Assembly (NCBI GenBank): GCA_030704615.1
Contig: CM060733.1
Coordinates: 50,840,001 to 50,904,000, forward strand
Direction: 5' to 3'
Origin: Takakia lepidozioides
Lineage: Eukaryota; Plantae; Bryophyta
DNA length: 64,000 nucleotides
Both the position numbers and the translations under genes were made by a program. This document shows positions 35,651-49,300 of this stretch, piece after piece (positions within the stretch are counted from its first letter, which is position 1; every line of letters starts with the position of its first letter). The notes under the pieces were generated by a model that was given only the letters and a program-made list of their open reading frames with translations, was not told where the DNA came from and made no database searches.

Positions 35651-36294
35651 TGTCAAGGACAAGAACATGACTAAACACAAACAAAAGATAAAACTAGAGG
35701 TAAAATGCTAGACAAGAAGTCAAGATCGGCGTGGCCGAATGCACGATAAGTAAATAGGAATCAAGACGATCTTTATAACAATGAACAAGAGTACAAGATA
35801 TTGGAACACGACTTGAATACTGAAATGCTGGAAACTGGATTGGAGTACCAGATACTGGAAACTGGGCTAGAGTACTGGGGATTGGACTGGAGTACTGGGA
35901 ACTGGAAACAAGAGTAGCTTGAACTGGTGTTGGCGAGACTGAAGAGTATCTAGTCTCGCCTCATATATATATTGGCTACTAAGAAGCTTCCCCAAGAAGC
36001 TTCCCCTATGGAGGTTTCTTGCTGGAGAAGTTTCCAAGATTAAACAAAGGTTTCTTGATGGAGAAGCTTCCTTAAATAAATGAGGTATCTTGATGGAGAA
36101 GTTTCCTCCAAAGGAAGCTTCCTAAGTAGTTTCCCAAGTTACTCTTGGTAATTTGGTAAACTCCCGGTAACTTGGTAAGTAATGATAAATCATGGTAGAT
36201 CATGGTAAATCACGGTAAGTCATGGTAACTTTCGGTAACTTGGTAACTTCTGGTATTTACTCTTGGTAAATTCTTTTGGGCTATGTCCGTGACA
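35651..36294 (-). repeat. 3' LTR of chromovirus (644 bp) with internal ctggaaa and ggtaa short repeats
   Basis: Direct repeat of 38465-39097. Confidence 0.95.
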
Positions 36295-36898
36295 TCACCC
36301 CCTCCTCTAGCGCCGAGTTCCTCGAGGAGCGGTAAAATCTTGGACTTGCTTAGAGTTGGAGAAAATCCAAAATCCGGCGAATGATACTTGCCAAGTATTC
36401 GGCTGTTTGTTCTTGACTCAAATGATTTATAGGTCCCTGCAACCATCGATAGTGTCCAACACCTGGAACTTGGGACCACGCAGTGATTTGAGCATTCTGA
36501 TTTTCGAAGCTGCCTTCAAACATGATTTCGTTGCCCTTTGGGTCCGAAGCCTCAACCTCTAATAGAATTATCAGACTTCGAGTAGGCTCCATTTGCCGTC
36601 GTACGGGGTTCAGATGAGGAAGTACGTGTCGCATTGGTGGCCTATCGTCTCGAGAGCGTCGGCGTGATGTTGAAGGTCGTGAGAGTCGGAATGGCTGATC
36701 TGGTAGTTGGGCAAGCGACAACTCCAATGTATCTGGTTCCTGTGACTTTATACTGCCAATACAAGATGCAAGAGTGCTGGAAGTGTAGCTATATATACTG
36801 ATGTGTGGTGCTTCTCCCTCCTTAGCGTGTATCAGGTACATTGAATGTGGAGTCTACACCTTGAAGCTAACTTGGCTGACATCATCGTTGTAACGTCT

Positions 36899-37086
36899 TA
36901 TTGACGTGTAGCTCGGGGCTTAGCTGGATATCGTTGATGAAACTCTTGGACTTTGTCAGATGCATTGACGAGGTTGGATGAAGGTTCTCACGTTCGTTCG
37001 CTGATATCATAGCATTTCCAATGTACGAAATACTCAAGACATTTATACTTAATGCGAGAGTCTAGGACTTCGTCGACTTCATACTC
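36899..37086 (-). pseudogene. Chromodomain from integrase C-terminus
   Basis: EYEVDEVLDSRIKYKCLEYFVHWKCYDISERT*EPSSNLVNASDKVQEFHQRYPAKP. Confidence 0.88.
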
Positions 37087-38464
37087 AAGTTGTTGATTGA
37101 CTTCGACTGGTTGGAGACTGGATGACATTGAAAACAATATGTGATGCTTGATCTTTAAGCTTCACTTCAAGTGATCGAGTTTCATGATCCACATTTCCTG
37201 ATGCTAACGGTCGTCCATCGATGACTTCAACGGGGGCCGAGAGTTTCTTCTTTACGAGCGTTAAATTGTGTTGCTTTGCAAAGTTTTTGTCCATAAAACA
37301 AGCTGAAGCTCCTGACTCCAAAAGTGCTTCTACAACGATATCTCGATTTTGCACTCTGATTTTTACCGGAACTGTGAAGCAAGGTGCAGGGTCTGGAGGT
37401 AGAAAGTTTCCGACCTCCTCGTATCGAACACTTGAGTTGTGCCCCGAACTTTGAATCTTTCCTTGTTGGGGCAGTTTAATGCTATGTGATCTTCTTCTCC
37501 GCAATAGAGGCATAATCCATTCGAGCGCCGTCTTTGTTTTTCTTGTGGCGTCAATGGTTTGAATCGGACAACATCAATCTGCATAGGATCACTACTGGAT
37601 GTCTGATGGATCGTTGTATCTGGTGTCGTAGTAGCAGTGACATGATGCGTCGTCGACCATCTAGATCGCTTCTCTTGACGTCTTTCGAACAAACGATTAT
37701 CGCATGCAATGACTTGGGTGATGAATTCATTCAGTGTGCTAACGTTTGGCATTGTTAGCAACAAATCTTTTACATCATCTTTTAGTCCACATCGAAACTG
37801 ACTAATGAGGCTATTCTCATTCCAGTCGAGGTCGCACGCAAGTTGTCGAAATTCGGCAGCATAAACGGAAGCAGGACGTGCTCATTGTCGAAGATTTCGC
37901 ATCTTTGTTTCTGTAACTCTCTTTCTATCATTTTCTCTAAACGTTGCAGTGAACTCAGACATGAATGCTTCAAAATTATATAATAAATACAATTTTTTTT
38001 TTCTAATAGCGGTGCAAACCAAGATAGGGCAGTGCCTGATAGAAGGGTGCCCATGAATCCCACTTAAATACCTTCATCGGGGTAGCGTTGTGGATGTAGT
38101 CGTAGGAACAGTCGTACTTGTTGAACAGAATCGCGAAATCTTGATCTCGTCCCATCAAATTTCTCGGGCATGCTGATCTTTGGTTCTCTCGTAATCTGTT
38201 GAAGATGAACCGTTGCAGTATGAGCTGTTGCAGTAGGGACTCGTATGGTTGAAGATCCATTGTTCGACTCCTTTAACTCTGAAATTTGTTGTTGCAAATT
38301 GTGGAGAGCGTTGCCAAGATCTTGAGACTGATCAGCTTGCAATTGGGCGGTAGATGTACGAAGTTCTTGCATCTGGAGCTGAAGACTTTGCAATATGGTG
38401 ACCATTTCCGCAAATGTGCCTTCCATCTTAACTAACTAAAGAACAAACTTCAGTCTCGCCAAAT

Positions 38465-39097
38465 TGTCAAGGACGAGAACATGACTGAACACAAACAAGA
38501 GATAAAACTAGAGATACAATGCTAGACAAGAAGTCAAGATCGGCGTGGCCGAATGTACGATGAGTAAATAGGAATCAAGACGATCTTTATAACAATGAAC
38601 AAGAGTACAAGATATTGGAACACGACTTGAATACTGAAATGCTGGAAACTGGACTGGAGTACCAGATACTGGAAACTGGGCTAGAGTACTGGAAATTGGA
38701 CTGGAGTACTGGGAACTGGAAACAAGAGTAGCTTGAACTGGTGTTGGCGAGACTGAAGAGTATCCAGTCTCGCCTCATATATATATTGGCTACTAAGAAG
38801 CTTCCCCAAGAAGCTTCCCCTATGGAGGTTTATTGCTGGAGAAGTTTCCAAGATTAAACAAAGGTTTCTTGATAGAGAAGCTTCCTTAAACAAATGAGGT
38901 ATCTTGATGGAGAAGTTTCCTCCAAAGGAAGCTTCCTAAGTAGTTTCCCAAGTTACTCTTGGTAATTTGATAAACTCCCGATAACTTGGTAAGTAATGAT
39001 AAATCATGATAGATCATGGTAATTACGGTAAGTCATGGTAATTTGGTAACTTCTGGTATTTACTCTTGATAAACTCTTCTGGGCTATGTCCGTGACA
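38465..39097 (-). repeat. 5' LTR of chromovirus (633 bp), TATA-like tract ~38777-38786
   Basis: Direct repeat of 35651-36294. Confidence 0.95.
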
Positions 39098-40829
39098 ACT
39101 TTGTGGATTGGGGATGATTTTGTCTTTGTAGTTTTAACTTTTATTCTCGGGGGGGGGGGGGGGGGGGCACTTCCAAATATTCCGATATTACATGCCAAAA
39201 AATATAGGGTACAATATTCTTGGCAGATAAAATTTAGAAAGTAATTACAAATATATTTTTTACAACTACCAATAGGGTCCTAATAAAGACCTGGGAGAAG
39301 TATCGTCTAGTTACTGGTTTGTCAGGTGGGTTAGACTTGGATTTGGGGACTTGAACTGTTGATGGTACTTGGTTTGCAAGGGAGTTTGAGTTTAGGGTTG
39401 GTATTCCCGCTTAAATTCAAGTATGATGTAATAGATAGTAAATGGATAGATAGATTCAATCATTAGGTCAGTTACTATGACTTTTGACAAAGTTCAGAAA
39501 GCTTACAGCATGAATGCTGGTGATCCCCAAGCTTTGGATGAGTTTGTTACCAAGTAATGAATTTTTTTTACGATAAAAAATCTTTTCTATTTATTGTTAC
39601 TATAGCGTGCCTGAAATTTGCTAGCATCAGTAAAATACAATTAACATAGCCTGTCGGAAAATCCAGCATTTTACAAAATTATGTAAGTATAAGGTGGCTG
39701 ATTTGAAAGACCAAAATAAAAACAATACCCCCATACTTAATCCTTTTTTTGCATCTGATATATAAAAGATATAGGGAGTGCCAGCCAGCCCCCCTCCCCC
39801 CCGAGCTTTTCTTTCACGTGTTTAAGACAACATCAACATTTTGCTAGTTGCTGGTTTCAGTCACACCTGTTGACTGCTGCAATTGATTTTAAAAAAAAAA
39901 ATTTTTTTAGCAAAGAAGACATTTTAAGATACACATTAGCCTTTGTCGTTTGGGGAAATGGTTAGAGGAGATGAAGACTGACATGAGCCACCAAAACATG
40001 ATGGGTAAGTAGGACCATCCGGGAACGCAATCGTGAAGATGTGAGGCAAGAGGTAATTGTGACTTATATCATAACCAAGAATTTTTGGCAGAACCTGCTT
40101 GGGTATACTTTTCCGAGGGTCAGAAATGGATGTTGATATGATACAAGAAATATGTGAAAATGCATAACATAAACCGTTTATGGCATGTACATCGGCATGA
40201 GGTGCAAACGAGGCAAAATTATGGGGAGTTTTATTCTTGCCTCAACGAAGAAGACCCCGCATACTAATTGAACTTTTTTCCATACTATTGACATCAAAAT
40301 GTTTGTCAACAATGGATGAATATGTTCAATGGCATACATCACTTCAAAACCTTTTCACTTGCTAAGATAATTATATCCATGTATAATGTCCGAAACAAAA
40401 CATTCAAAAATAAATAAATAAAAAATTGTTTGATATGCAGATTATAATATTCATCGTGACCTAGAAAACTATTATGTGGAGCAATTACTCTTATTTAAAC
40501 CATTGCATGGCTTAGAAAGTGCACAAAGAAAATCATCAATATATGAAGCGAGACATTTGTTTTGTTTTGTAGCGTTGTTCAGATCTCCCAAACCGCGGGG
40601 CCAGCCCCTGGGCTTGGTGGCATTGGAAATCCCTTGATGAGGATGAGGAGGGGTGCACAAGCTTGGTCTCATGATTTTTGGACCCACCGTGTGGGAGACA
40701 TCGAATTTCAAGTACTTTCGGTCGGTGGAAATTCGTGAAAAATAGAAAGTGGGCTTTCTTGGGACAAGCCTCGACCAGAGATGTATCAATAATGATTGGA
40801 TATATTAGTACTTAAATTGGGCGTTGACA

Positions 40830-41025
40830 TGGGAACTTACTTGGATACAGAGGAGATTGCACTTGGGCTTAGATGACAGTGAACACTTGGGCCTCTACAT
40901 TGGGGGATGCACTTGGATACATGAATAGAAGATTGCACTTAGGCTTGGATGGCCTCGACATAGGAGACGCACTTGGATACATAGGAGATTGCACTTGGAC
41001 TTAGATGACACAGGACACTTGGGCC
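40830..41025 (+). repeat. Degenerate tandem repeat with core cacttgg(a/g)
   Basis: About eight recurrences of (gc)acttgg followed by atac or gctt. Confidence 0.7.
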
Positions 41026-41316
41026 AACGGCACATGCTACCCCATTCCACATGACATGACACATTCATATTACATCCACTACAAGTTGAAATAGTTTGAA
41101 ACTATTACCTTAATACCTTGGCAACTTCGACACAAATTTTAATATTTCAAAGATTGTTGAAAATTTTGGAAATTGATTTTGTAAAATTTAATAACTGTGT
41201 GGATGATAATAATGCATCTTTAGGAATATTCGATATGTTGAAATGAAATTCTCAAAATAAAATAAATATTCGAGATGATTGTTGAACTTGCCAAGTACAA
41301 CGATATCTTCTTATTT

Positions 41317-41873
41317 GGGTCTTTAAAGTCGCACGTGGGCCCTGGCTAGTACGGCCAGGTGGTGGTTTGGGGTGCCCCGTCGTGACCCCTTCCTGGCCCG
41401 GGTCCAATGAGGTAGGGTCCATTGGCCCTGACATGCCCGGGTGTAGTGGGTCCACCCTCCTAGGCCACGGTGGGGCTGACTCTAGGCTTTTATCTGGATA
41501 AGTAATTAAAAACTTGATGGTGTAGTAGTGAACAACATGTAGTGTGGTGGTTTATTGTATGGTATCCGTGGGGTTGCCGGTTCAGTTTTGGTTGGTGTTG
41601 CATGTGCATTAATGATGGATTTTTTATGGACAAGTTTTTCTGAAAAAAATTCTAAGTCTCACAGGGCAGGCGGCGGGCGGACGGGCTGCGGCGCCGTGAG
41701 TGGACCCGGACTCGCGAGTGGACCGGACAAGGCGGGGCTGCACCGCGTGGCGAGTAGACCCGGACCCGACCCGCTGAGTAGACCCGGACTCCCAAGTGGA
41801 CCCGCCGGGGTGGTCGCAGGGCGCCCCCACGTCCATGCATGGTGCCTGGCCCACACGTGAGACTTTAGGACCC
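41317..41873. mobile_element. GC-rich MITE-like element with ~25-bp imperfect inverted ends
   Basis: gggtctttaaagtcgcacgtgggcc versus ggcccacacgtgagactttaggaccc; internal gagtrgaccc repeats; TSD unclear. Confidence 0.5.
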
Positions 41874-42280
41874 AATTAATCTAAAATGAGAGCCCTATTT
41901 ATATATATTTTTTCTTACAAAGACAACATTAAAGTATGCACACATGACATGAGATTTTGTTCAACATCTTGGAATAGAAAACAATCAATGTATATGGTCA
42001 TAAACATTTCCAAATCCAAATCACATGACCATCAATAATCCAAATATTAATAAATATAGTAACATAACAATAAAAGATTTTTTGGAATGTCAAATTGTAA
42101 CTAAAAAACAATAACAAATAATAATTATTTAAGCTTAAAAAAAAACATTGAATGGGGACAAAGGCCCAGTTAAATCACAGTTTACTGTCTGATAATATTT
42201 GGCCAACTACATTGTAATTAGATATAGAACAAAGTGCGATTTTTAAGATTGTATGTATAGAAAGAGAGCAAATCATGATG

Positions 42281-42533
42281 ATTATTATTATTATTATTAT
42301 TATTATTATTTTGGAAGCAAAAAGAAACCTGGGAGCAACTGCTCACAATTCAGGCCCTTGAGGAGGGGGAAAAATTAACCCCCTTTCAGATAAGCCATTA
42401 GGCACACAGGTGGGAAACATCACCACCAGACCAACCGGTCACGAACGGTCCACACACCTGACGAGGCAGCGGGTTTTGAACCCTGAACCACCAGGGCGAC
42501 ACACTGTGCACTTACCAGCTGAGCTACCAGCTG
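42281..42533 (-). mobile_element. tRNA-derived SINE with (AAT)n tail
   Basis: Minus strand starts cagctggTAGCTCAGCTGG (A box) then GGTTCAAAACC (B box); unrelated body; (AAT)10 tail at 42281-42310. Confidence 0.7.
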
Positions 42534-43368
42534 ATGTGCATCATAATCTTCCATTGTATTTATGTTTGAAAGGAGGAAGCTTATTGGACTGACCATAACC
42601 GGCTTACATTGCTTTCAAACTACAAAATCTCGTACCTTAATTTCTATTCTCAGACAGAAAAATCTGAAAATAAAATTAAAAAAAATTCAATCATATAATA
42701 GTCTCATTTGAATTAAATAGAACATATAATATAAATTAAATAATATATAAGCAGATACTACAATATACTGAAAACCACCAATAAATTCCCAATATTTCAT
42801 TTTAATCAAACCCTTCCAAAAAAAAGAAAAAAACATGTTTTCATACATAGGTACCTATTCGATTTAAAAGTTAAAGATTATCTAAAATACATTGAAAACC
42901 AAACTAAGTACAGTGTAGCCATAGATGCGTCTTGTTAAAACAATGTTTCATCCATCCCAAGATCGTCCCTGCAGCGTGACAACCAACAGTTAGCGGTTAG
43001 CCCTTTTCTTCCTCAAGCCTGCTGTGTGGCTCTGTCTCTTCACTGATCTCTAAGACATGCAGGTATATATGGTCACAGATCTTTCCACAGAGACAGTTTA
43101 CTCATGTAACCCGACCCAAGAGATGCTGGCAGCTTAGCAGAGCTTCGAGTATTTTGAATGGCACTGAGTCCTTTTGATTTGGTCTGCTGCAAGAGAAGAA
43201 GCTGAAGACACGAAAGGGAGGTTGCGATGAGCTTCGCCACAAGTCCGTGAGGTAACAACAAGATCAGCAGGTTCTCGTGTTGCAAATTGATGCTGGTATT
43301 ACTCGTTTATGCATTTTTCAGTGAAGATGTAGTCGTATGAGCACCGGTGGGAGATCAGCGAGGGAGAA

Positions 43369-46300
43369 ATGGGGACCAAGAATGAAACCCCAACAATGGC
43401 TGTGCCATCCGAGGGCGAGGAAGGCTCAATACAAATGGACGACTATGAAGAGGGGGAGGAGCAATGCGTTATAAAGGTAGAAATTATTTCAGCTCAGAAT
43501 GTATGGGCTGCTGAACCAGTAGAGCTGAAATCAAAAGCTGGGTTCACTATTAAGTTCCCAGGGGGAGAACCAGAGGATGCACCACCGGAGATTGAGGGAG
43601 TGTTGCCAGATGTCATGGAAGACATTGGAGCAGGGCCGGTTGCTCCAGGAGGCCCTCCTGCCAAGGAGCCGCCACTAGCGGAGGCAACTACAACAAATGG
43701 GCCACCTCCACAGGGAGCTCCAACAAAGGGGGCACCTGCACAGGGAGCTCTGGCAAAAGGGACTGGCCCAGAGGGGAAAAAGGGAGCTCCTACAAAGGGG
43801 GCTGTACCAGAGGAGGCTACAGGAAAGGGGGCATCCACAGAGGGAACTGAGAGTGGATCCCCACCTCCTCCACCGCCCCCACCGGTGAGCTTTTCCATGG
43901 GCCCTCTGGTGCGTGAGTTTGACAGAGTGCCCGAATACACCTTGTGGCACAAGTTCTTGCATGAGCCGATGATTGCCACCTTGTATTGGATCTCGCCAAG
44001 TGGTGCTAGCAAGACAATCCTCGCAACAGCACGGGTAGATCTGACAGGGGTGCTGGATTTGAATGGGAATTCTATGGAGGGAACTTACGCATTGGAAGCT
44101 TATGTGGACCAAACTCCACCACCTCCTCTAGCGAAAAAAGGAGGTAAGTCTGCCCCTCCACCCAAAAAAGATGAGAAGGGAAAGAAGGGTGACGAAAAGG
44201 GGAAGAAGGTTGCCCCAGCTGCACCGGTGGAAGTTATCCCTGTACTGTTACCAGGGGCCACGATGAAAGTAAGAATATCCACCAGCATCCCCCTTCTTTC
44301 AGACATTGATCGGAAGGATGGATTTGTCATGGAACTCGATGTTGTTGCGGTAAGGTCGCTCCCACCCAAAGTCAAGGAATTTGGAACCCCTGGGAATGTG
44401 GACCCATTTTCTTATACTGTTGGTCTCAAAATACCTGGTCTGTCAGGGGCCTGGTGGGATTCGCTGACATGCTTTGAGGAAACAGAGAAGGCCAATCTTT
44501 CTGTGCTCAAGGCTGTTGCAAGCACAATTGAAATGGAAGAAGTGACATTTCCTAAACCTTTTGAGCCACCTGAAGACAAGGGGGCTGGTCCACGTGAGCT
44601 GAAAACCCTTTTGTTTGGGGAGAGCGATGGGAGCGAGTCAAAAGAAGTTGACATTCCACAATCATTTGCCCACGGAATGGGGACACCAGATGAATTTGAA
44701 GTGGGAACCCCCACCCCCGAGCCCGAGATGATCACAGAAATGCATGCAGTAATAAAATGGAAGGCGACTGTAAGGAGGTATTTACCTAGTGAGGGGGCTG
44801 ACAAATTGAGAGAGAGGATTAAAAAAGGGGGAAAATTTGAGGGTGAGTTGTCAAGATACTTAAAGCAAGAAAGGATCGATGATCTCTTTGACCCTCACTT
44901 TGAGAGATACCACAGCAGCTTCCAGATGAACTTAATTACATTCCTAGATCAAGAAGGACTTAAAGAAAGCACAATCTCTTGTCCTTTGGGAGACTTCAAT
45001 GGAGGCCCGCCTTTGTGCCCTCCTGATGATAGACCCCCTGGTAAAAAGGCCAAAGCTGTGGAAGATGAAGGCGGCCCACCTCCTGCAGTGGTCCAAGGAA
45101 AAGACACAAAAACAAAGGAGACAGACCCAGCTCCGGTGGTGGTCAAACGGAAGGACACAATAGCAAAGGTGGTGGACACTGCACCCCTGCCAAATGCATG
45201 GAAAGCTGCTCAGTCACAAATCTTTATCATCATAAAGACAAGCCTTCCTTTAGAGCCGATTTGGTACCCACCTCCAGAACCTGAACTGAAATTGGAAGAT
45301 ATTATTCCGCCCCGACCAAAGGCACCAACAGTTTATGACACAGTAAAGATTGCAACAGAAAAATTCAAGGAATTCGTCCAGATTGCTGCTCATGACATTT
45401 CCAATTTGCATCAGAGAGTTGTGGGGGGAGAAAAATTCGAGGAGCCCCAGCTTGGAGCTGAAAGCTTGCTAACCAAGTCCAGGTGACACCACGTCTCTAA
45501 CCAGAGATTGATAGCTAGTCTTTTGCATATATCTCTTTGAATGTAAACAGTTATTTGGAAGAATGGCGATAGGTGCACGTTTACATTATAAAGATTATTC
45601 ATCGCCAAACAGAATAAAGAAAGAACCATTTTCTGATGCATCCTGCGATGGACATCCTACTCTCGAGGCTCCACCAGCCATATACTTACTACTAGGCTGA
45701 AGATAATTGTCTGCGCATATGGTTTTGCATCAGACCCTGTAGGCAAGTACAGGTGTTTGGAATGTAGTTTGAGGTAAAGCTGATGGCTTGGAAGAAGACA
45801 AAAATCTTTGTATTACATGATCGTCACTTGCTAGGCTCTTCAGCATAGGAGGACATGAACATCCATCATTGTTGAGTGTATAAACTTTCTTCTACAGTAA
45901 TGCTTCTTGTTCTGACCATCTTGACTATCGGCCTGCCCCCAATTGTCCCCATGCACCTGGTTCCTCCTTTTCCTCTCCCCAAACTATAGGATTGACAGCA
46001 AGGCGGATATAAGAAAGACGGTGGTACACGAGTTACATCGCTCAGGGGCTTGGCAGCTGATGAGAGATGAGATGAAGAGTAGGGTGCTCAAGATCGCTTC
46101 CGAGAAGTTCAAGCTTGGAAAGAAAGATGCAATCTCTTCTGGCAAGTTTGACTTTTGCAATTCTCTATATGTGAAACTGATGGAGGAAATCCATGCCTGC
46201 CTGGCTGACCTCTTCCTCAAGGTGAACTCTTCATTGCTTTCAATACCTCGCAAGTCAACTGCCAACATAAGAGGCTGAGTTAAGAGTCTCTCTGTTTAAA

Positions 46301-49300
46301 ATCAGTGGCAGTATAACTCCAGCCGCATGCCATATCTGTGCTAGGTGAAAGGCCCATTTGTAGTACTCCATGCACAAAGCCATCCCTATAACTGACACTC
46401 AAGTCAATCCCGTGGACTAGATTGTTGTCAGTTGTGTGCAATGACCAAGTTTCACGAAGTTTATGGCCAAAGACACAGTTTTGGGCACACGTCCCTCAAG
46501 GTTATGGCAAAGCCAACTTTGACAATAAACATTTGTGTAGTACACCTCACTGAGCTTGGTTATTGCACCTGTTAGAATGGGGCTTCACATGGAATCTCCA
46601 CCATTTTCTCATGCTGATGTGCAAAATGGTGCAGAGGCATCGGTCTACAATGCCATTTGGCAAAGAAGATAAACCTTTGTCAGAGAGAGAGCAAAAACTT
46701 CAACACCTACGCCAGCTTGCTGACGAATATGAGGTACTAAGCCATATATATGACACTATTTGTCCCATCTCTCCATCTGGTGTTCTATGTTGGCCCATGG
46801 GCCCTCGGGTCTCCTGTGCACATTATAAAGTTTCTTTCTTTCCCTCTCTTTGTGTAAGTAAAAAGATCTATCCTTCTTTCTTTCATTTTGTCTTTGGATG
46901 TTCCGCAGCACACACACACTCTCTCTCTCACACACAAACACAATCACACACCGACACCAACACCCACATACATAATTGGTTATCAAAAACACAAGTGCTC
47001 CCAACCCTTTGTAACATCTGAATATGAGTGTTTTCTATGCCATGCATGCTTCAGTGTCCATGACAATACTTTTGTAAATTGTAACATATCGTTGGTGATG
47101 TAATATTGATTGACCTTCTACCACTTTACAGACAGCATCCACTGCCACTCAATATTATAATACGAACTAAAACTAAAATCAAGCTGTAAAAAGAGTTGCC
47201 ATGGGCTGTGAAAGAGCGAGGGCACTTCAATAGCAAACTTGTGTACTAGGAGTGGGGAGTTATCTGTATCCAATGGAGTCCATGGTGGAAAAGCCACTGC
47301 ATCTTTGTACTTCAGCTCATGACACCTACAACTCCATCTGATCAGTGTCCCGTACAACTATCCAATTATCTTGCTATCACCACACATTGTCAAACTGAAA
47401 ATCCGTACATTGTATTGACGAAAACTATTTGTGGATTTTCAGTATGATGGAGACTACAGATCTGCAAACAAGTTCCATCAAGACAGGCTTTTGGGAGAGA
47501 GCATCCATGATGCTGACATCTGGTTTGAATATGGTTGTTTCTGTATGCGTGTAGGTCCATGCTCTCCTTACTCTTTTTCTCTACATCATCTCCAAACTCT
47601 CATTTTGTTAATCATGTGGTGGGATTTGCTCTATCTGAACACTTAGTGCTAAATTTTTCGAAAGTAGAGAACCTGGAATGCCACAGAAACATCAGCTGGA
47701 ATTGCAAATGCTCTCTTCTCACTGACCACTCCCTTCCCTCAATAGTCCTTGCACAGCTGTCCATGTAGTTTTTATGGAATTGACTTGTCAATCCGTGGCC
47801 CTGTGTTGCTAAGCTCTTCAAGTACACAAGAGTTCCCACTGGGTGACAACCTGTCAGGTATTGTCGACAAAAAGAAAGCTTTATTAGCAGCGGTCAGACC
47901 CTATCCTAGCCCCAATCAGCCCCGTAAGGGAAGAACCATGTTTTGTTAAGATATACCTTCACTTAGGTCTGTAGGGCCTTCTTTGGCCCTCAAATTTCAC
48001 AGCCATATAGTGATGTACTCATGAGACGTTTGCCGTAGCCTGTGGCCACAGAGCCTGGCCCGCATCCAGTTGGCCTATGAGGAGACAGAGAGAGATGGAG
48101 AAAGAGAACATTAACTATTTGCATGTGCTACAGGTAAAGGATACGGGGAGACCAAAGGACCGCGGTAAAGCAGAGGAATGCTTTCGAGAGGCTATTACAT
48201 TGGACAAGAACCATTTCCTGAGTTTGCTTGCATTGGCCTGTCTGATGTGGCACCGAGGATTTCTCACACAGACTGAAGTTCTTCTTCACAGTGCCATTGA
48301 GCTGCACCCAGAAGAAGAATTCATTCCCTGGTGTATACTAAGCCAAGTGCGTTCCTTGATATAGTACAGATTTTTATCTCTGGCAAGACATGATCATATT
48401 AAGTTTATGGATCGACGCCTAGCACTGCACCTCCACACCACCATGAGAATAACAGAACTGAAGGCTCTAAAAGGTCAATGCTTGGAGAACAAAACCTGTG
48501 TAGTTGTCTGATCGTTCCTCTCAAGAAAATTATTCAAAATTCAGTTGTTTGGTTCCTTTTTTTCCAGATACACCAGGCACAAGCACAGAGGGAGTACGTG
48601 CGGAACTGTCTAAAGAAGGCTGAATTGCTTTACAAATCTGCAAAAGCTTCACGCAACTCGTACACGGCCCCCCATATCCTTCTCTCGAATCTCATAAAGT
48701 TCCCCTTTAGTGCAGCATATTTGGTGCTTAGGGGACACGATCCCAGCACTGTCTTCATCGATACTGCACTTCTGCTCCTCGACTTGCATCTCCCAAAAGA
48801 AGCCAAGCAGATTCTGGAACTGGAGTGTGATGTGTTCTCAACTGTTTTGGACAATAAGTGGGCCCAGGCAAAATCCCATGAGCTGATGATGGAGTACAAG
48901 CGAGGGGAGGTTTGGCTGAAGGAGAATTTGGCGCTTTTCAAAGAGGACGCTATGGCCTGGTTGCTCATGGGACGCAATCGATATGTCAGTGGCCAGTTTG
49001 AGGCTGCCATAGAAGCTTATGAGAAGGTGACTGGGTTCCATGACATATTCCACCAATCTCTATATGCCGGTGCTCTTCTTACTGTTTTGAAAACCTCTAC
49101 TATGTCTCTTGCCCTCACAAGGCCCTTCTTTTGGTTGCGCTGGTGAGCGATCAAATGTAACATGACTCGTGTGTCTCAACCAGAGGACTTTTGGGATAGG
49201 CCTGCAACTGCTGGATCCTAATGCCTTTTGCATCCCCGTGAAAAAACCCTCCAGTGAGAAAAAAAAGTCCGGGGGTTAGCCCACTGAGTAAGGGACTGCG

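Larger units (their letters stand above)
35651..39097 (-). mobile_element. Internally deleted chromovirus (Tcn1-like Ty3/gypsy): LTR-gag-PR-chromodomain-LTR, lacking RT, RH and integrase core
   Basis: LTRs TGTCA...TGACA; gag PKISMPEKFDG..R, GTALSWF, CLYCGEEDHIALNC; PR ALLESGASACF; PPT gaggagggggtga beside 36294; no clean TSD. Confidence 0.9.

Noticed and set aside
40830-41025. CRISPR-like array
   Set aside because: Units are short and degenerate, spacers are similar to one another, and the context is eukaryotic.
42455-42533. Functional tRNA gene
   Set aside because: A and B boxes are present but there is no convincing acceptor stem; a body and (AAT)n tail follow, as in a SINE.
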